Made by a program: the position numbers and the translations under genes. The notes beneath the pieces were generated by a model. That model was not told the origin of the DNA and did no database searches. It worked only from the letters and a program-made list of their open reading frames with translations. 64,000 bases of DNA from Alphaproteobacteria bacterium (GTDB lineage: Bacteria > Desulfobacterota > Binatia > UBA12015), in the NCBI GenBank assembly GCA_017853315.1, contig JAFMJW010000001.1, forward strand, positions 960 to 64,959, in the 5' to 3' direction. Shown here piece after piece: positions 1 through 8,445 of this stretch (position 1 is the first letter of the stretch; every line of letters begins with the position of its first letter).

Positions 1-465
1 ACGTCTCCGTGACGGCGCGCGCGCGATTCCGGTCGCCGCGGTCCGATCCTGCCATCCTCGTCCGCCGTCGATGGCCGCTCCGTGCAACCGCGCGCGCGCT
101 GTCAACGATTCGTCACGATCGGATCACCCGACCGACACCGGTGGTCGTTAGGGCTGCGAGCGTCGGGGCGGAGTCCGGGCGCCGACCGGATCCGCCCCGC
201 GTGAGACCATCGTGAAGAACCCGCCGGGAAACGACTTGCCGATCGAGGCGGAGCTCCCGCGTGCGCGACCTCTCCCGGTCGTCCGCGACACCGGCTCGCC
301 GCGGTCTCGCCGCTCTCCTCGAGGGTGGCGCGCTCGGGAGGCCGCGTGAGCGAGGCGACGGCGACCGACCTGCGGGCAGGATCTCCGGGCTCGACGCCGC
401 CGGGCTCGGGGTTCTCGACGTTCTACGCGGAAGACCCCGGCGATCGCCGCCGCTGGGGGCCGGCG

Positions 466-1218
466 ATGCTCGGCTCGGCCGGGCTCTACGCCCTGCTCGC
501 CGTCCTCGCCCTCCTGCTCGGCAAGGCGACGAAGCAGGTGATCGAGGAGAAGAAGATCGACCTCACCTTCGTGCAGAAGGTCGTGAAGCCGGAGCCGCCT
601 CCGCCGCCGCCGCCGAAACTGGTCGAGGCGGCCCCCGAGCCGCCGAAGCCGATCGAGAAGAAGCCGGACGTCCCGAGGCCGGTCGCCGCGAAGCCGCCGG
701 CCGCGGCCGCCGTGGTGCGGCCCGACCAGAAGATCCGCAGGCTCGACAAGCCGCCGCCGGTGAAGAAGTTCGTCGCACCGAGGGAGATGCCGCTCGAGGC
801 CCCGAAGGAGGCGGACCCGAGCGAGGACAAGGGCATCGCGGTCTACGGCGAGCCCGGCGACGGCGACCCTGCCGGCCTCGAGGGGGGCGAAGCCGACGGC
901 CTCGCCGGGGGCGACGTCGGCGGAGGGGCGGGCGCCCTGCCCGAGAACGCGTCGCCGCCCGAGCCACTGCGCACCAACGTCGTGCCCGTCTATCCCGAGG
1001 ACGCTCGAACGAGCGGCAGGACCGGAGTCGTCGTCCTGAAGGTCGTGGTCCTGCCCGACGGCTCGGTGGGTGACGTGCGCGCGATGCGTGGCGAGGAGCC
1101 GTTCGTCTCGGCGGCGATCGCCGCGGTGAAGCGATGGAAATACGAGCCGGCCCGGGTCGATGGGCAGCCGATCACCGTCTACCGGATCGTCCAGATCCCC
1201 TTCAAATTGTCCGCCTGA
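466..1218 (+). CDS. tonB: TonB family energy transducer (N-terminal TM anchor, Pro-rich spacer, TonB C-terminal domain)
   Basis: ORF 325..1218 trimmed to the internal ATG at 466, just before the hydrophobic anchor LYALLAVLALLLG. Contains a PPPPPPPK Pro/Lys-rich spacer and a C-terminal VVLKVVVLPDGSV...YRIVQIPFKL TonB_C motif. Confidence 0.75.
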   Translation: MLGSAGLYALLAVLALLLGKATKQVIEEKKIDLTFVQKVVKPEPPPPPPPKLVEAAPEPPKPIEKKPDVPRPVAAKPPAAAAVVRPDQKIRRLDKPPPVKKFVAPREMPLEAPKEADPSEDKGIAVYGEPGDGDPAGLEGGEADGLAGGDVGGGAGALPENASPPEPLRTNVVPVYPEDARTSGRTGVVVLKVVVLPDGSVGDVRAMRGEEPFVSAAIAAVKRWKYEPARVDGQPITVYRIVQIPFKLSA

Positions 1219-1262
1219 CGGCCCGGCGCCGCGGGCGCCGGAGGGAAGAGAGAGGTTTCGAG

Positions 1263-1967
1263 ATGTCCTTCAACTGGTCCGAGATCTGGCAGCACATGGG
1301 TGCACCCGCGATCACGATCGCGGTTCTCCTGCTCGTGATGGGCCTCGCCTCGCTCACCGTCTTCATCGAGCGGACGATCGCGCTGCGGCGCTCGCAGGCG
1401 GCCTCGCGGCTGTTCGCCTCCGCGGTCGCCGAGAAGATCGGGTCGGGCGACGTCGACGGTGCGATCGACGAGGCCGCCCGGCACGAGCGGAGCCATCTCG
1501 CGCGGGTGACGAAAGCGGCGCTTTCCTCCTGGGAGGAGGGCCGCAGGGGCCGGGACGCGGGCGGGCTGCCCCCGGTCGAGAAGGCCCGGCGCCACGTCGA
1601 GCGGGTGCTCGAGGAGACCGGAGAGGAGATGCGCAGCGGCATGTCGGTCCTCGCCACCGTGGGCTCCGTGGCGCCGTTCGTCGGTCTCCTCGGCACGGTC
1701 GTCGGCATCATCTCCGCGTTCCAGGGCATCGCCTCGACCGGGTCGGGCGGGCTGTCGTCGGTCTCCGCCGGCATCAGCGAAGCCCTCGTCGAGACCGCGC
1801 TCGGTCTCGCCGTCGCGATCCCGGCGGTGCTCGCCTTCAACTACCTCTCGACCGCGATCGACGCCGACGAGTCCAGGCTGTCGCGCGCGGCCGGACAGCT
1901 GCTCGACGACGTCGAGCACTGGGACCGGGTGGAGACTTCCGGGGTGCGACGTGGGCGCGTCGCGTAG
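1263..1967 (+). CDS. exbB: MotA/TolQ/ExbB proton-channel protein
   Basis: ATG at 1263 inside ORF 1134..1967. Three TM segments and the conserved FVGLLGTVVGII / SEALVETALGL motifs of the ExbB/TolQ family. Confidence 0.85.
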   Translation: MSFNWSEIWQHMGAPAITIAVLLLVMGLASLTVFIERTIALRRSQAASRLFASAVAEKIGSGDVDGAIDEAARHERSHLARVTKAALSSWEEGRRGRDAGGLPPVEKARRHVERVLEETGEEMRSGMSVLATVGSVAPFVGLLGTVVGIISAFQGIASTGSGGLSSVSAGISEALVETALGLAVAIPAVLAFNYLSTAIDADESRLSRAAGQLLDDVEHWDRVETSGVRRGRVA

Positions 1968-2478
1968 GAAGAAGTCCGGGGGCGTGGCCCCCGACATGAA
2001 CGTCACGCCGCTCGTCGACGTCGTGCTCGTGCTGCTGATCATCTTCATGGTGGTCGCGCCGCGCATGAACCAGAGCGTTCCCGTCGACCTGCCCGGGATC
2101 CTGAATCCGGACCCGGAGGTGAAGATCGCCCCGCCGGTCAAGCTCTCGATGAACCACGCCGGCGAATTCTACGTCGAGGACGCCAGGGTCGATCTCGACG
2201 GCGCGATCGCGGCGCTCGCCGAGGCGCATGCACAGGATCCGGATCGTCGCCTCGTCCTGCGTGCCGACGCACGTCTGACCTACGGCCAGGTTCGGCGCGT
2301 GCTGGCTCGGACCCAGCAGGTCGGGTTCCCGGGCGTGTCGATGATGGTCGGAGAGCGGGCTCGCAGCCGCGGCGCGGGCGATCCCGACGCTCCGGTCGCG
2401 ATCGACCGGACCCCGGCCGAGACGGTGCAGGAGCCGCCCGCGGCGCCCGCCGAGCCGGCCGCGGCGCAGGAGGGATGA
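1951..2478 (+). CDS. exbD: ExbD/TolR biopolymer transport protein
   Basis: N-terminal MNVTPLVDVVLVLLIIFMV signature. GTG start overlaps the exbB 3' end; ATG at 1996 is an alternative start. Confidence 0.8.
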   Translation: MGASRRKKSGGVAPDMNVTPLVDVVLVLLIIFMVVAPRMNQSVPVDLPGILNPDPEVKIAPPVKLSMNHAGEFYVEDARVDLDGAIAALAEAHAQDPDRRLVLRADARLTYGQVRRVLARTQQVGFPGVSMMVGERARSRGAGDPDAPVAIDRTPAETVQEPPAAPAEPAAAQEG

Positions 2479-2482
2479 CCCG

Positions 2483-2977
2483 GTGGCGATGAACCTCGGC
2501 GGGAAGGGCAAGAGCGTCTCCCCGCAGATGAACGTCACTCCGCTCGTCGACGTGGTCCTGGTGCTGCTCATCATCTTCATGGTGGTGACGCCGCTGCTCA
2601 CGAAGACGTTCTGGGTGCACACTCCGAAGCAGGAGAAGAAGGAAGTCGAGAAGCAGGAACTCGACCAGGATCCGAATCCGCCGCTCGTCATGCGGGTCGC
2701 CGCGGATCGCACCGTGACCGTGAACGGGGTCGCGGTTCCCTTCGAAGACCTCGTCCTGCGGCTGAAACGCATGTTCGCCGCCCGCGAGGACCACGTGCTC
2801 TTCTTCGATGCCGACGACGATGCGCCCTACGGATTGGCGATGGAGGTCCTCGACCGTGCCCGCGAGGGTGGGGCGGTCACGATCGCCCCGCTGACCGAGG
2901 CTCTCGCGCCGGCGGCAGGAGGCGGCGCGCCGCAGGCGCCCGCGCCGGCAGTCCCGGAAGCCGCACCCGCAGCCTGA
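2483..2977 (+). CDS. exbD: ExbD/TolR biopolymer transport protein, second paralog
   Basis: Second near-identical N-terminus MNVTPLVDVVLVLLIIFMVV; the C-terminal domain is divergent. Start is GTG at 2483 or ATG at 2489. Confidence 0.8.
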   Translation: MAMNLGGKGKSVSPQMNVTPLVDVVLVLLIIFMVVTPLLTKTFWVHTPKQEKKEVEKQELDQDPNPPLVMRVAADRTVTVNGVAVPFEDLVLRLKRMFAAREDHVLFFDADDDAPYGLAMEVLDRAREGGAVTIAPLTEALAPAAGGGAPQAPAPAVPEAAPAA

Positions 2978-2994
2978 CCCGCGGCGCGGGGGCC

Positions 2995-4101
2995 TCAGGC
3001 CGCGAGGACCTCGCGGAGTCGTCGGGGCAGCTCGCCGAGTCGGTGGGTCGAGACGCGGAACCCGAGGCTCTCGAACCACCTGTGGCTCGATGCGTTCTCG
3101 GCGGACTCGAGCAGGATCGCGTCGAGCCGCTGGCGCCGCGCGCTCGCGTCTTCGAAGAGACCGTGCACGATGCGCTCGAAGGGAAGTCCTTCGCGCGAAG
3201 GTCGGCCGCCGGCCGCGTAGCCGACCACGAGAAGATCGGCCGGAGCGAGCTCCGAGACGCGTGCGCCCGCGGGTTCCCCCGCCAGGAGCGCGCGAAGCAG
3301 GTGGTAGCCGTAGCGGCCGAGTTCGAGCCGCTCCTCGATCGTCTCGACGCCGCCGCCGATGCCGATTTCGAGGGAGGAGAACCAGGGCCCGTCGTCGCAG
3401 AGCGAGGATGGCGCGCCGTAGAAGGTGCGAAGGACTCCCTGCGCCGAGACCACGAGGGCGGCCTCGCCGTGGAGAGGAAGGTGCGCGAACCCGGTCCCGC
3501 CCTCCAGGATCTTCAGGAGCCCCAGCCGGACGTCGCCGAGGCGGGCGGCCTCGTGCAGCACGGGCCACCATGCGCCCATCTCCCCCGAGGCGATGGCAGA
3601 GCCGATCCCGTCGACGTTGGTGGTGAGGTGGACGACGGGACGCTCCGCGGAGAGCTCCCGGAGGATCCCGAAGAGCGCCTGGTGGGCGGCCTTGCGGGCG
3701 AGCGAGCGGCGCTCCTTCCGGCATGCGAGGCGGAGCTCCTCGAACATGCGGCGGGCGACGTCGCCGCCGGTCGCGACCCCGGCGGCGACGAGCGCGTCCA
3801 GGTCTCGCCGACGTCGCCACTCGACGCTCGGCCGAATCCCCGTCACCGGTTCGAGCGAGGCGATGCGCCTCGCGAGGTTCACACCGTCGGCGCGCGCGAG
3901 CCCCTGCCCGGTGACGACCACGAGGGGTCTCGGGCCGGAGGCGATGCCCTGGCGCGAATCGCGAGCCACGAGTCGATCCCAGCACCGCGACGTTTCGGAA
4001 CGGTTGACGGGACGTTCACACTTCGTGAACGGACGCGCGAAGGCCCCCGGTCCCGCCCGAGTCGCGCGGCCGTCTTCACGACCGGATCCGCGCCTCGTCA
4101 C
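2995..4101 (-). CDS. SIR2-like (SIR2_2 / DHS-like NAD-binding fold) domain protein with an uncharacterised C-terminal ~70 aa
   Basis: Ordered motifs VVVTGQG (Gly-rich NAD loop), LTTNVDGI (catalytic Asn context), LPLHGE (HG catalytic His motif) and DLLVVGYAAGG (terminal VGYS-like strand). Residue composition is protein-like (W, Y, H, F present) rather than GC-artefact-like. N-terminal extent is uncertain. Confidence 0.45.
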   Translation of the reverse strand: MTRRGSGREDGRATRAGPGAFARPFTKCERPVNRSETSRCWDRLVARDSRQGIASGPRPLVVVTGQGLARADGVNLARRIASLEPVTGIRPSVEWRRRRDLDALVAAGVATGGDVARRMFEELRLACRKERRSLARKAAHQALFGILRELSAERPVVHLTTNVDGIGSAIASGEMGAWWPVLHEAARLGDVRLGLLKILEGGTGFAHLPLHGEAALVVSAQGVLRTFYGAPSSLCDDGPWFSSLEIGIGGGVETIEERLELGRYGYHLLRALLAGEPAGARVSELAPADLLVVGYAAGGRPSREGLPFERIVHGLFEDASARRQRLDAILLESAENASSHRWFESLGFRVSTHRLGELPRRLREVLAA

Positions 4102-4223
4102 GGAGTCGTCATCTCGCGCGCGTAGACCGGATCACGAATCCCCCTCCAGGCGGATTCCGGGCTCGACGGCCCGTCCATCCCCCGGGGCGATTCCCCGGGC
4201 CTCACCAGCAAGGGAGAATCCAC

Positions 4224-6290
4224 ATGAGGGATCGATCGAGGGCCTCGGCCAGGATCGCGATCGCGATCGCGATCGCTGTCGCGTCCGCCGCCTTGGCCGC
4301 CGCACCGACCGTCGGGGCGCGCGAGTCGGGCTTCCAGTCGAAGGGCGCCTACGACCTCGTCAGCAAGGACATCAACGGCGAGCGCTGGGCCATGACCTAC
4401 GACACCGACAGCCGGGTCATCACCGGCAACGTCTTCCCCGTGGACGGCGGCCCGCCGCAGTTCGTGGTCTGCGACGTGCTGTCGATCGGCGGGCAGGGCG
4501 AAGTCACCGCGGCCTGCAGCGGCGCGGATGCCTGCACCGCCTGCCCCTGCGGCAACGGCTTCTCCCCCATCGGCGAGGTCACGCTGCCGAGCAGCTTCTT
4601 CGAGACCTGCGACGCGGCCGCGCAGGTGGATGAGGCCGACGGCTCCGTCGGAGCTCCCACCTCCTTCCTGTCGGCCCCGGCCGGCGGGGCGCGCGAGTCG
4701 GGCTTCCAGTCGAAGGGCGCCTACGACCTCGTGAGCAAGGACATCAACGGCGAGCGCTGGGCCATGACCTACGACACCGACAGCGGGGTCATCACCGGCA
4801 ACGTCTTCCCGGTGGACGGTGGTGCGCCGCAGTTCGTCGTCTGCAACGTGCTGTCGATCGGCGGCGGTGGGGCGATCACCGCCGACTGCAGTGGTGCGGA
4901 CGCCTGCACCGCCTGCCCCTGCAGCCAGGGCTGGACCGGCCTCGGCCAGGTCACCCTGCCGGGCAGCTTCTTCGAGTCCTGCAGCGGCGGCACCCCTCCC
5001 GTGATCGACTGCCCCGGCGGCAACGCGATCGTGAGCGGCGTCATCACGTCGAGCCAGACCTGGCCGAGCTCGTGCAACGTGTTCCTCGACGGCACCGTCT
5101 TCGTCGACGCGGGCGTCGAGATCTTCGTCCAGCCGGGCACGACGGTGCGCGCCCGCAAGAACCCGTCGAACCCGCCGCCCTCGGCGCTGATCGTCCGCCG
5201 CGGCGCACGGATCAACGCGAGCGGCAGCGCGGGCGCGCCGATCGTCTTCACGAGCGACCAGCCCCCCGGCTCCCGGGCCGCGGGCGACTGGGGCGGCCTC
5301 GTCCTGAACGGTTCCGCCCCGGTCAACTGCCCCGGCGGCGAGTGCCTCTCGGAAGGCCTCTCGGACTCGCCCTTCGGCGGCAACGACCCGAACGACTCGA
5401 GCGGCGTGCTGCGGTACGTGCGCGTCGAGTTCGCCGGGCGCGTGCTCAGCACCGACAACGAGCTGAACGTCCTGTCGCTGAACGGCGTCGGCCGCGGCAC
5501 GCAGATCGACCACGTCCAGGCGCTCATCGGCCTCGACGACGGCATCGAGTGGTTCGGCGGCACGGTCGGGGCGAAGTACCTCGTCGCGACCGGCGCAGCC
5601 GACGACCAGTTCGACCTGCAGATCGGGACGACGGCGTCGGTCCAGTTCGGCTACGCGAGCCAGTACGGGGGCAACCTCGACTCGACGGGCAGCCACGGGA
5701 TCGAGCTCGACAACAACGAGAACGGCTTCGATTTCGAGCCGCGGTCGAACCCGCACTTCTGCAACGTGACGGTGATCGGCTGCAAGGACCAGGGCGGGAA
5801 CTGCTCGGTCGATTCGACCGGCGCGCTCCTCCGCCGCGGGACCGCGGGCCAGTTCTGGAAGTCGATCGTGACCAACATGGGCAGCCGCGGCATGCAGCTG
5901 CGCGACGCGGCGACCGCGGCCGTGGCCTGCAACCCGGGCCCGTCGCTCACCGGCAACCTCATGTTCCGCGACAGCATCTTCTGGAACAACGGCGCGAGCG
6001 GGAGCACGAACTGCGGCAACCACAGCACGACGGGCCCCGACGCGAACTGCAACTCCTGCCAGCTCTACGACCTGTGGAAGGCCAACTCGCCCGCCCCGGT
6101 CTTCGAGTCCGACCCCGGCGTGAGCGGTTCCAGCTGGCCGCCGAACCCGTTCCCGAACGGGAACGCGAACTCCTCGGCGATCGACTGCAGCACGCTCGAC
6201 CCCGCCTTCCAGTCCACGGGCTACGTCGGCGCGTTCGCGCCGGGCGGCGCCGACTGGATGCAGGGCTGGACCAGCTTCGCCGTCAACTGA
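4224..6290 (+). CDS. Secreted protein: signal peptide, two tandem copies of a novel ~124-aa 6-Cys domain, then a C-terminal beta-helix-like region
   Basis: ATG at 4224 with an AGGGAGAA ribosome-binding site. Signal peptide ASARIAIAIAIAVASAALAAAP. The domain ARESGFQSKGAYDLVSKDINGERWAMTYDTDS..CSGADACTACPC..SFFE.C occurs twice (aa 32-155 and 156-250) with near-identical nucleotides. Gly/Asn/Ser-rich C-terminal half. Confidence 0.7.
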   Translation: MRDRSRASARIAIAIAIAVASAALAAAPTVGARESGFQSKGAYDLVSKDINGERWAMTYDTDSRVITGNVFPVDGGPPQFVVCDVLSIGGQGEVTAACSGADACTACPCGNGFSPIGEVTLPSSFFETCDAAAQVDEADGSVGAPTSFLSAPAGGARESGFQSKGAYDLVSKDINGERWAMTYDTDSGVITGNVFPVDGGAPQFVVCNVLSIGGGGAITADCSGADACTACPCSQGWTGLGQVTLPGSFFESCSGGTPPVIDCPGGNAIVSGVITSSQTWPSSCNVFLDGTVFVDAGVEIFVQPGTTVRARKNPSNPPPSALIVRRGARINASGSAGAPIVFTSDQPPGSRAAGDWGGLVLNGSAPVNCPGGECLSEGLSDSPFGGNDPNDSSGVLRYVRVEFAGRVLSTDNELNVLSLNGVGRGTQIDHVQALIGLDDGIEWFGGTVGAKYLVATGAADDQFDLQIGTTASVQFGYASQYGGNLDSTGSHGIELDNNENGFDFEPRSNPHFCNVTVIGCKDQGGNCSVDSTGALLRRGTAGQFWKSIVTNMGSRGMQLRDAATAAVACNPGPSLTGNLMFRDSIFWNNGASGSTNCGNHSTTGPDANCNSCQLYDLWKANSPAPVFESDPGVSGSSWPPNPFPNGNANSSAIDCSTLDPAFQSTGYVGAFAPGGADWMQGWTSFAVN
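4252..4275 (+). repeat. (GATCGC)4 hexanucleotide microsatellite encoding IAIAIAIA in the signal peptide
   Basis: gatcgcgatcgcgatcgcgatcgc seen directly in the sequence. Confidence 0.7.
4317..4980 (+). repeat. Tandem in-frame direct repeat, 2 x ~372 nt, inside the CDS at 4224..6290
   Basis: The nucleotide string cgcgagtcgggcttccagtcgaagggcgcctacgacctcgt...acctacgacaccgacagc recurs at ~4320 and ~4692. Encodes the duplicated 6-Cys domain. Confidence 0.8.
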
Positions 6291-6303
6291 GGCGGGCCGT
6301 CCG

Positions 6304-6346
6304 CCGCGGCCGGGCCCCCCTCGGGCCCGGCCGCGGCACTCTTTCG
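6304..6346 (+). terminator. Rho-independent terminator hairpin
   Basis: Perfect 14-bp stem ccgcggccgggccc / gggcccggccgcgg with a 5-nt loop, followed by cactctttcg. Lies directly after the stop at 6290. Confidence 0.55.
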
Positions 6347-6362
6347 CAAGAGGAGGATCCCC

Positions 6363-6914
6363 GTGAGGACGTCACGAATTCTCGCACTGGCCGCGGTCGT
6401 CGCCGCCCTCGTCGCCGTGCTCGGCGCGGCGTGGGAGGCGGTCGGCTCGGGGAGAGCGATCCGAGCGGGCGAGTCCCCGCTCGCGGACGCTTCGCCGAGC
6501 GTCGAGGCCCTGGTGGATCGCTTCCTCTCCGCGCTCTCCGCGGGAGACCGTGGGGCGCTCTCCACGATGCGCGTCTCCGAGGCGGAGTACCGCGGACTGA
6601 TCGTGCCCGGGAGTGTCTCGCCGGGCGAGCCGCCCCAGCGGCTCGACGAGGTTGCGAGTCGCTACTGGTGGCAGGACCTCGACGCGCGCAGCACCTACTC
6701 GAGCAACGACCTGCTCCGCAGGTACGCGGGGCGTCCGCTGCGGAGGGTCGACTTCCGCTTCGACAAGGGCACGCGTCGCTTCGCGAACCACGTCGCCCAC
6801 CGACGGCTGGTCGTGGTCGCCCGCGACGAACGCGGCGAGGAGGTCGAGATCCGCACCGGCTCGATCGTCGACGTCGACGGCCGGTTCAAGTTCGTCTCGT
6901 TCGTCCGCGGCTGA
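6363..6914 (+). CDS. Hypothetical secreted protein (signal peptide)
   Basis: GTG at 6363 preceded by GAGGAGGA. N-terminal ILALAAVVAALVAVLGAAWEA signal-like segment. No recognisable family. Confidence 0.5.
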   Translation: MRTSRILALAAVVAALVAVLGAAWEAVGSGRAIRAGESPLADASPSVEALVDRFLSALSAGDRGALSTMRVSEAEYRGLIVPGSVSPGEPPQRLDEVASRYWWQDLDARSTYSSNDLLRRYAGRPLRRVDFRFDKGTRRFANHVAHRRLVVVARDERGEEVEIRTGSIVDVDGRFKFVSFVRG

Positions 6915-6947
6915 GCCGCGAGAGCGCCGCTCACGCCGGGATCCGGT

Positions 6948-8135
6948 TCAGGCCGCCCTTCCGAGCCAGTCCCTCACCCGCGCATGCACCTCGGGCCTGC
7001 ACAGCAGGTCCAGGTGGCTCGTTTCGTAGCCGATCCAGCGATGGTCGTCGGGAAACGCGAGCGTGCGAGCCGGGTCCGGGTGCCTGCCGAGCGCGCTGTC
7101 GAGCGGAACCAGCCCGTCGCCCACGAGCCGGTCCGTGACGAACCCCCGCCGCGCGCCGAGGGTCGCGGCGACGGTGTGGCATCGCACGCCCGTCGGGAGC
7201 GGCACGAGTCCACGCCCGTCGGCCGTGATCGTGCCGTGATCGAGGTCGCGCAGCCCCTCGCTGAGACGCGTCCCGAGCGGAGCGAAGGGCGCGAGGTACG
7301 GGCTCAGGTCCATCAGGTAGGCGAGCCCGAGGCCGCCGCGCGCGACGTGCGAGCCGAGATGCGGCGTCCCGAGGAACACCAGGTCGCGCAGGCGGCGCAT
7401 CCAGACGTGCCCGTTCTCGGCGCCGACCACGCAGGCCGCACGGGCGACCAGCCCGCCCATGCTGTGGCCGAGAATGGTCACGTGCTCGAGCGGCGTCGGC
7501 CAGCGGTCGACGAGCCTCTCGAGCAGCTCCGCCAGCCGGCGTCCGTTCTCCGCGATCGCGAGGCCGCTGTTGTACCGGAGGTAGAGCGGCGTGTAGCCGA
7601 GCTCGTCGGCGAGGGCGCGGCCGTGATCGAATCCGTCCCGGGTCCACTGCAGGTCGTTCATGCACAGGCCGTGCACCAGCAGGAGGAGCTTGCGGCCCGG
7701 ATCCCTTGCGCCCGCATCCTCCAGGGATCGCGCCGGATCCTCGACGGCGACCGCGCGCCCGTTCGATCGGAGCCCCATCTCGATCGCGAGCGGGTTGCCG
7801 GTGCGCACGAGGTGGTCGCCGTAGACGCCGTTCGCCGCGGAGACGACCGCCTGCCGAAGCGGCGACGCCTCCGCCTCGGGGAGGTGTCCGTCCAGTCCCT
7901 CGAGGATCGAGTCGACCCCCGCCCCGGTGATGCGGATGCCCCCGCGGACGGCCCGGTAGACCAGGCCCGTCAGGCCGACGGTGACGTCCTCGGAGACGGC
8001 GCCGACCGGAAAGGGGGCGAGCTGGATGGTCCGGTGCATCTGCTCGACGAGGCCCGCCACCCCGAGCGTCGCGTCGAACGCGAGTCGCGTCGCCCCGCGC
8101 AGGTGGGATTCACGCTTTTCGTCCGGTCCCGGCAT
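6948..8135 (-). CDS. Alpha/beta hydrolase (lipase/esterase-like, GHSMGG nucleophile elbow)
   Basis: ORF 6948..8363 trimmed to the internal ATG at 8135 (verified in sequence). LLLLVHGL oxyanion region, VTILGHSMGGLVAR nucleophile elbow, later D and H residues. Confidence 0.7.
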   Translation of the reverse strand: MPGPDEKRESHLRGATRLAFDATLGVAGLVEQMHRTIQLAPFPVGAVSEDVTVGLTGLVYRAVRGGIRITGAGVDSILEGLDGHLPEAEASPLRQAVVSAANGVYGDHLVRTGNPLAIEMGLRSNGRAVAVEDPARSLEDAGARDPGRKLLLLVHGLCMNDLQWTRDGFDHGRALADELGYTPLYLRYNSGLAIAENGRRLAELLERLVDRWPTPLEHVTILGHSMGGLVARAACVVGAENGHVWMRRLRDLVFLGTPHLGSHVARGGLGLAYLMDLSPYLAPFAPLGTRLSEGLRDLDHGTITADGRGLVPLPTGVRCHTVAATLGARRGFVTDRLVGDGLVPLDSALGRHPDPARTLAFPDDHRWIGYETSHLDLLCRPEVHARVRDWLGRAA

Positions 8136-8224
8136 CGCCTCGCTCCCCTCGGCGGCCCGACGTCTTCCGTCGCCGCGAGCCTCGGAGCGACCGCGAAACC
8201 CCGGGGGGCCCGGTCCCCGGCCGC

Positions 8225-8443
8225 TCAGCCCTCGTAGAGTTTGACGACCTTCACGCCTTCGGGCGAGGCCTGCATGCACAGGTCGCACAGCGTGCACTCG
8301 TCGAGGGCGTCCTCGACCAGGTCCACGCCGTCGCCGGCCGCCTTGAAGATCTTGACCGGGCACGACTCCGCGAGCTTCGCCGCGAGTCCCGGCGTCTTGC
8401 GGATCACCGCCTGGTCGACGTCGACACGGATGAACATCGCCAT
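8225..8443 (-). CDS. Small Cys-rich protein (72 aa) with a C-x21-C-x2-C-x2-C motif, possibly Fe-S or zinc binding
   Basis: ATG at 8443 sits 2 nt downstream of the stop of the sucD-like gene at 8446-8448. Motif SCPVKIF...DECTLCDLC. It is the short C-terminal part of the artefactual long ORF 8225..9274. Confidence 0.45.
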   Translation of the reverse strand: MAMFIRVDVDQAVIRKTPGLAAKLAESCPVKIFKAAGDGVDLVEDALDECTLCDLCMQASPEGVKVVKLYEG

Positions 8444-8445
8444 GG

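Noticed and set aside
9-1073. Small plus-strand ORFs 9..215 and 261..1073 at the window start
   Set aside because: Highly Arg-rich low-complexity translations. The 325..1218 frame carries the TonB motifs instead. The first 460 nt are treated as a non-coding upstream region.
4098-6023. 641-aa minus-strand ORF antisense to the secreted repeat protein gene
   Set aside because: Arg/Ala/Gly/Pro-dominated composition typical of antisense frames in ~72% GC DNA; overlaps a well-supported plus-strand gene.
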